Shown here: piece after piece, positions 62,504 to 64,000 of the stretch
How the letters are laid out: the number at the start of each line of letters is the position of its first letter
Numbering within the stretch: the first letter of the stretch is position 1
Assembly: GCF_016433145.1 (NCBI RefSeq)
Contig: NC_058134.1
Coordinates: 298,697,376 to 298,761,375 of the forward strand
Length of the DNA stretch: 64,000 bases
Source of the DNA: Gracilinanus agilis
Taxonomy: Eukaryota
Direction: 5' to 3'
Notes under the pieces: generated by a model
The model's database searches: none
What the model was told of the DNA's origin: nothing
Seen by the model: only the letters and a program-made list of their open reading frames with translations
Position numbers and translations under genes: made by a program

Positions 62504-63673
62504 TGTACTTTAAGTCCAACCACTAAATTTAGCCCTTACGATATGCAGGTCTTTTTAGAACCACAAGTGGAGGGAGCCCTGAAGTCATTAACTCTGGCAC
62601 ATGATCCAGTGGTGTCCACTCATCCTCCTGACACAGAGCTGGAACTCATTGAGAAAAAGGCTGGGTTTTAGAGGGCCAGAGTTCAGCTTGTCTTTCCAAA
62701 GTGCTGGGTCCAATTGGAGTTATTCTACCAAGGAAGACATTGAGATTCAGATAGATCAAGGAGAGGACTTTGGTATAGTTCTGAGGATCATGAAGTTATC
62801 CTGACATAAACCTAAATCTGTCTCTCAGCAGTTTCTTTGCCAGCTTCTTCTGCCCTTTGGGGCTAAAGAGAACAAAGTCGATCTCTGGTTTCTGGGACAA
62901 CTCTGCAAATACCTGGGACAGCTCTTGATCCTCACTAAGGCTTCTTTTCTCCAGAGTTCTTCAACTCACTCTAATTGCCCTTCTCTAACCACTCTCCAGT
63001 TTATCAATATGGTTCCCAAACCTGAACATAAAATTCTAAATGTACTACCCCACCCCACTTTGGGAGAACTATCACTTCCCTATCCTAGACCCTATGCCTC
63101 TCTTTGTTTTTGTTTTTATTTTTTCAAGGAAATGGCGGACCAAGCAGCCCTAGAGCAGACCCTTATCCTAGCCCCCTTGCTTGCCCTGCTGGGCTAGATC
63201 TTCCTAATTGTTCTGGGGGAAATTCACACACATTCGAACTGCTTGTCAGTCAAGGAGGTTCAGCAATGTAAAGATGGTTGGTGAGGAAGACTCCCTGGAA
63301 CCTGTCACTGTGGAGTCACTTGTTGTCTCTCCTAAGTTCACAAGGACTTTGAGATCACAACTAATCCTTGGTCTTGGTTTGACACTCACCTCCCTGCCAA
63401 GCCTCTGCCTTCTCAAGAATGGATGTTTGAACCCTTGACCTGAATGTAGCCCTGGAAGGAAGTCAGCCTGAGTATCATCAAGCCCATTTTGTGCTGCTCT
63501 GAAAATTTTTCTAATTGTTAAAAAATACTAATAATGATGAGAAGCAGCAATAGTTGTCTCCAAGCACACATACAGGGCCATTATGGATCAAAGATGGAAT
63601 AATGGGAATAGGAAGGAGGACAGTGATTTTGAGGACAAGAGAACCATCAAAACTTCTTCAGCTGGATAAAGCA

Positions 63674-63676
<3 letters not shown>

Positions 63677-63722
<46 letters not shown>

Positions 63723-63945
63723 TCCATCCCTGTCTCTCTCTGTCTCTTTCTTTATCTCTCTCCTTCTCTCTCTCCAGCTCTGCTTCTCTCCTCTTCCTCC
63801 ATCTCTGTTTTTCTTTCATCTTTTCTCTCTCCATCTCTATCTCTTCCTTTCTCTCTCCATCTGTCTCTCTCCTCTTTCTTTCTCATACACAAATGCACGC
63901 ACATAAATACGCATATACTCATACAAACACTCACACACATTTCCC
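63677..63945. repeat. (CT)n / CT-rich tract followed by a CA-rich tract
   Basis: Visible directly in the sequence. Confidence 0.85.
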
Positions 63946-64000
63946 CAGATAATGCTACTTTAAAACAATTACATGTTACCAAGAAAAGTTTCTGGATTCT

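Overview
Marsupial genomic DNA, most likely opossum, inferred from the SINE1/MAR1-type SINEs, L1, L2 and CR1/L3 repeat content and CpG depletion. Three intact, spliced protein-coding genes can be built base by base. NME6 (minus, 5 coding exons, 189 aa) and RABL2 (plus, 8 coding exons, 240 aa, with a U12-type intron) lie head-to-head across one CpG island. ACR/acrosin (minus, 5 exons, 462 aa) converges on RABL2, and its 10.2-kb intron 3 holds an L1 nested in an older L1. A 462-bp-offset duplication of part of ACR exon 3 across a single N is probably an assembly artefact. The left 18 kb carries a chain of exon-like segments on the minus strand whose splice phases are mostly compatible; they suggest an unrecognised multi-exon gene encoding a basic, largely disordered protein. 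I cannot assign it to a family and it is unconfirmed. The rest is mostly decayed transposons, including a young hAT-type MITE and a solo LTR. Repeat boundaries are approximate unless a TSD or TIR is quoted. No database searches were run.
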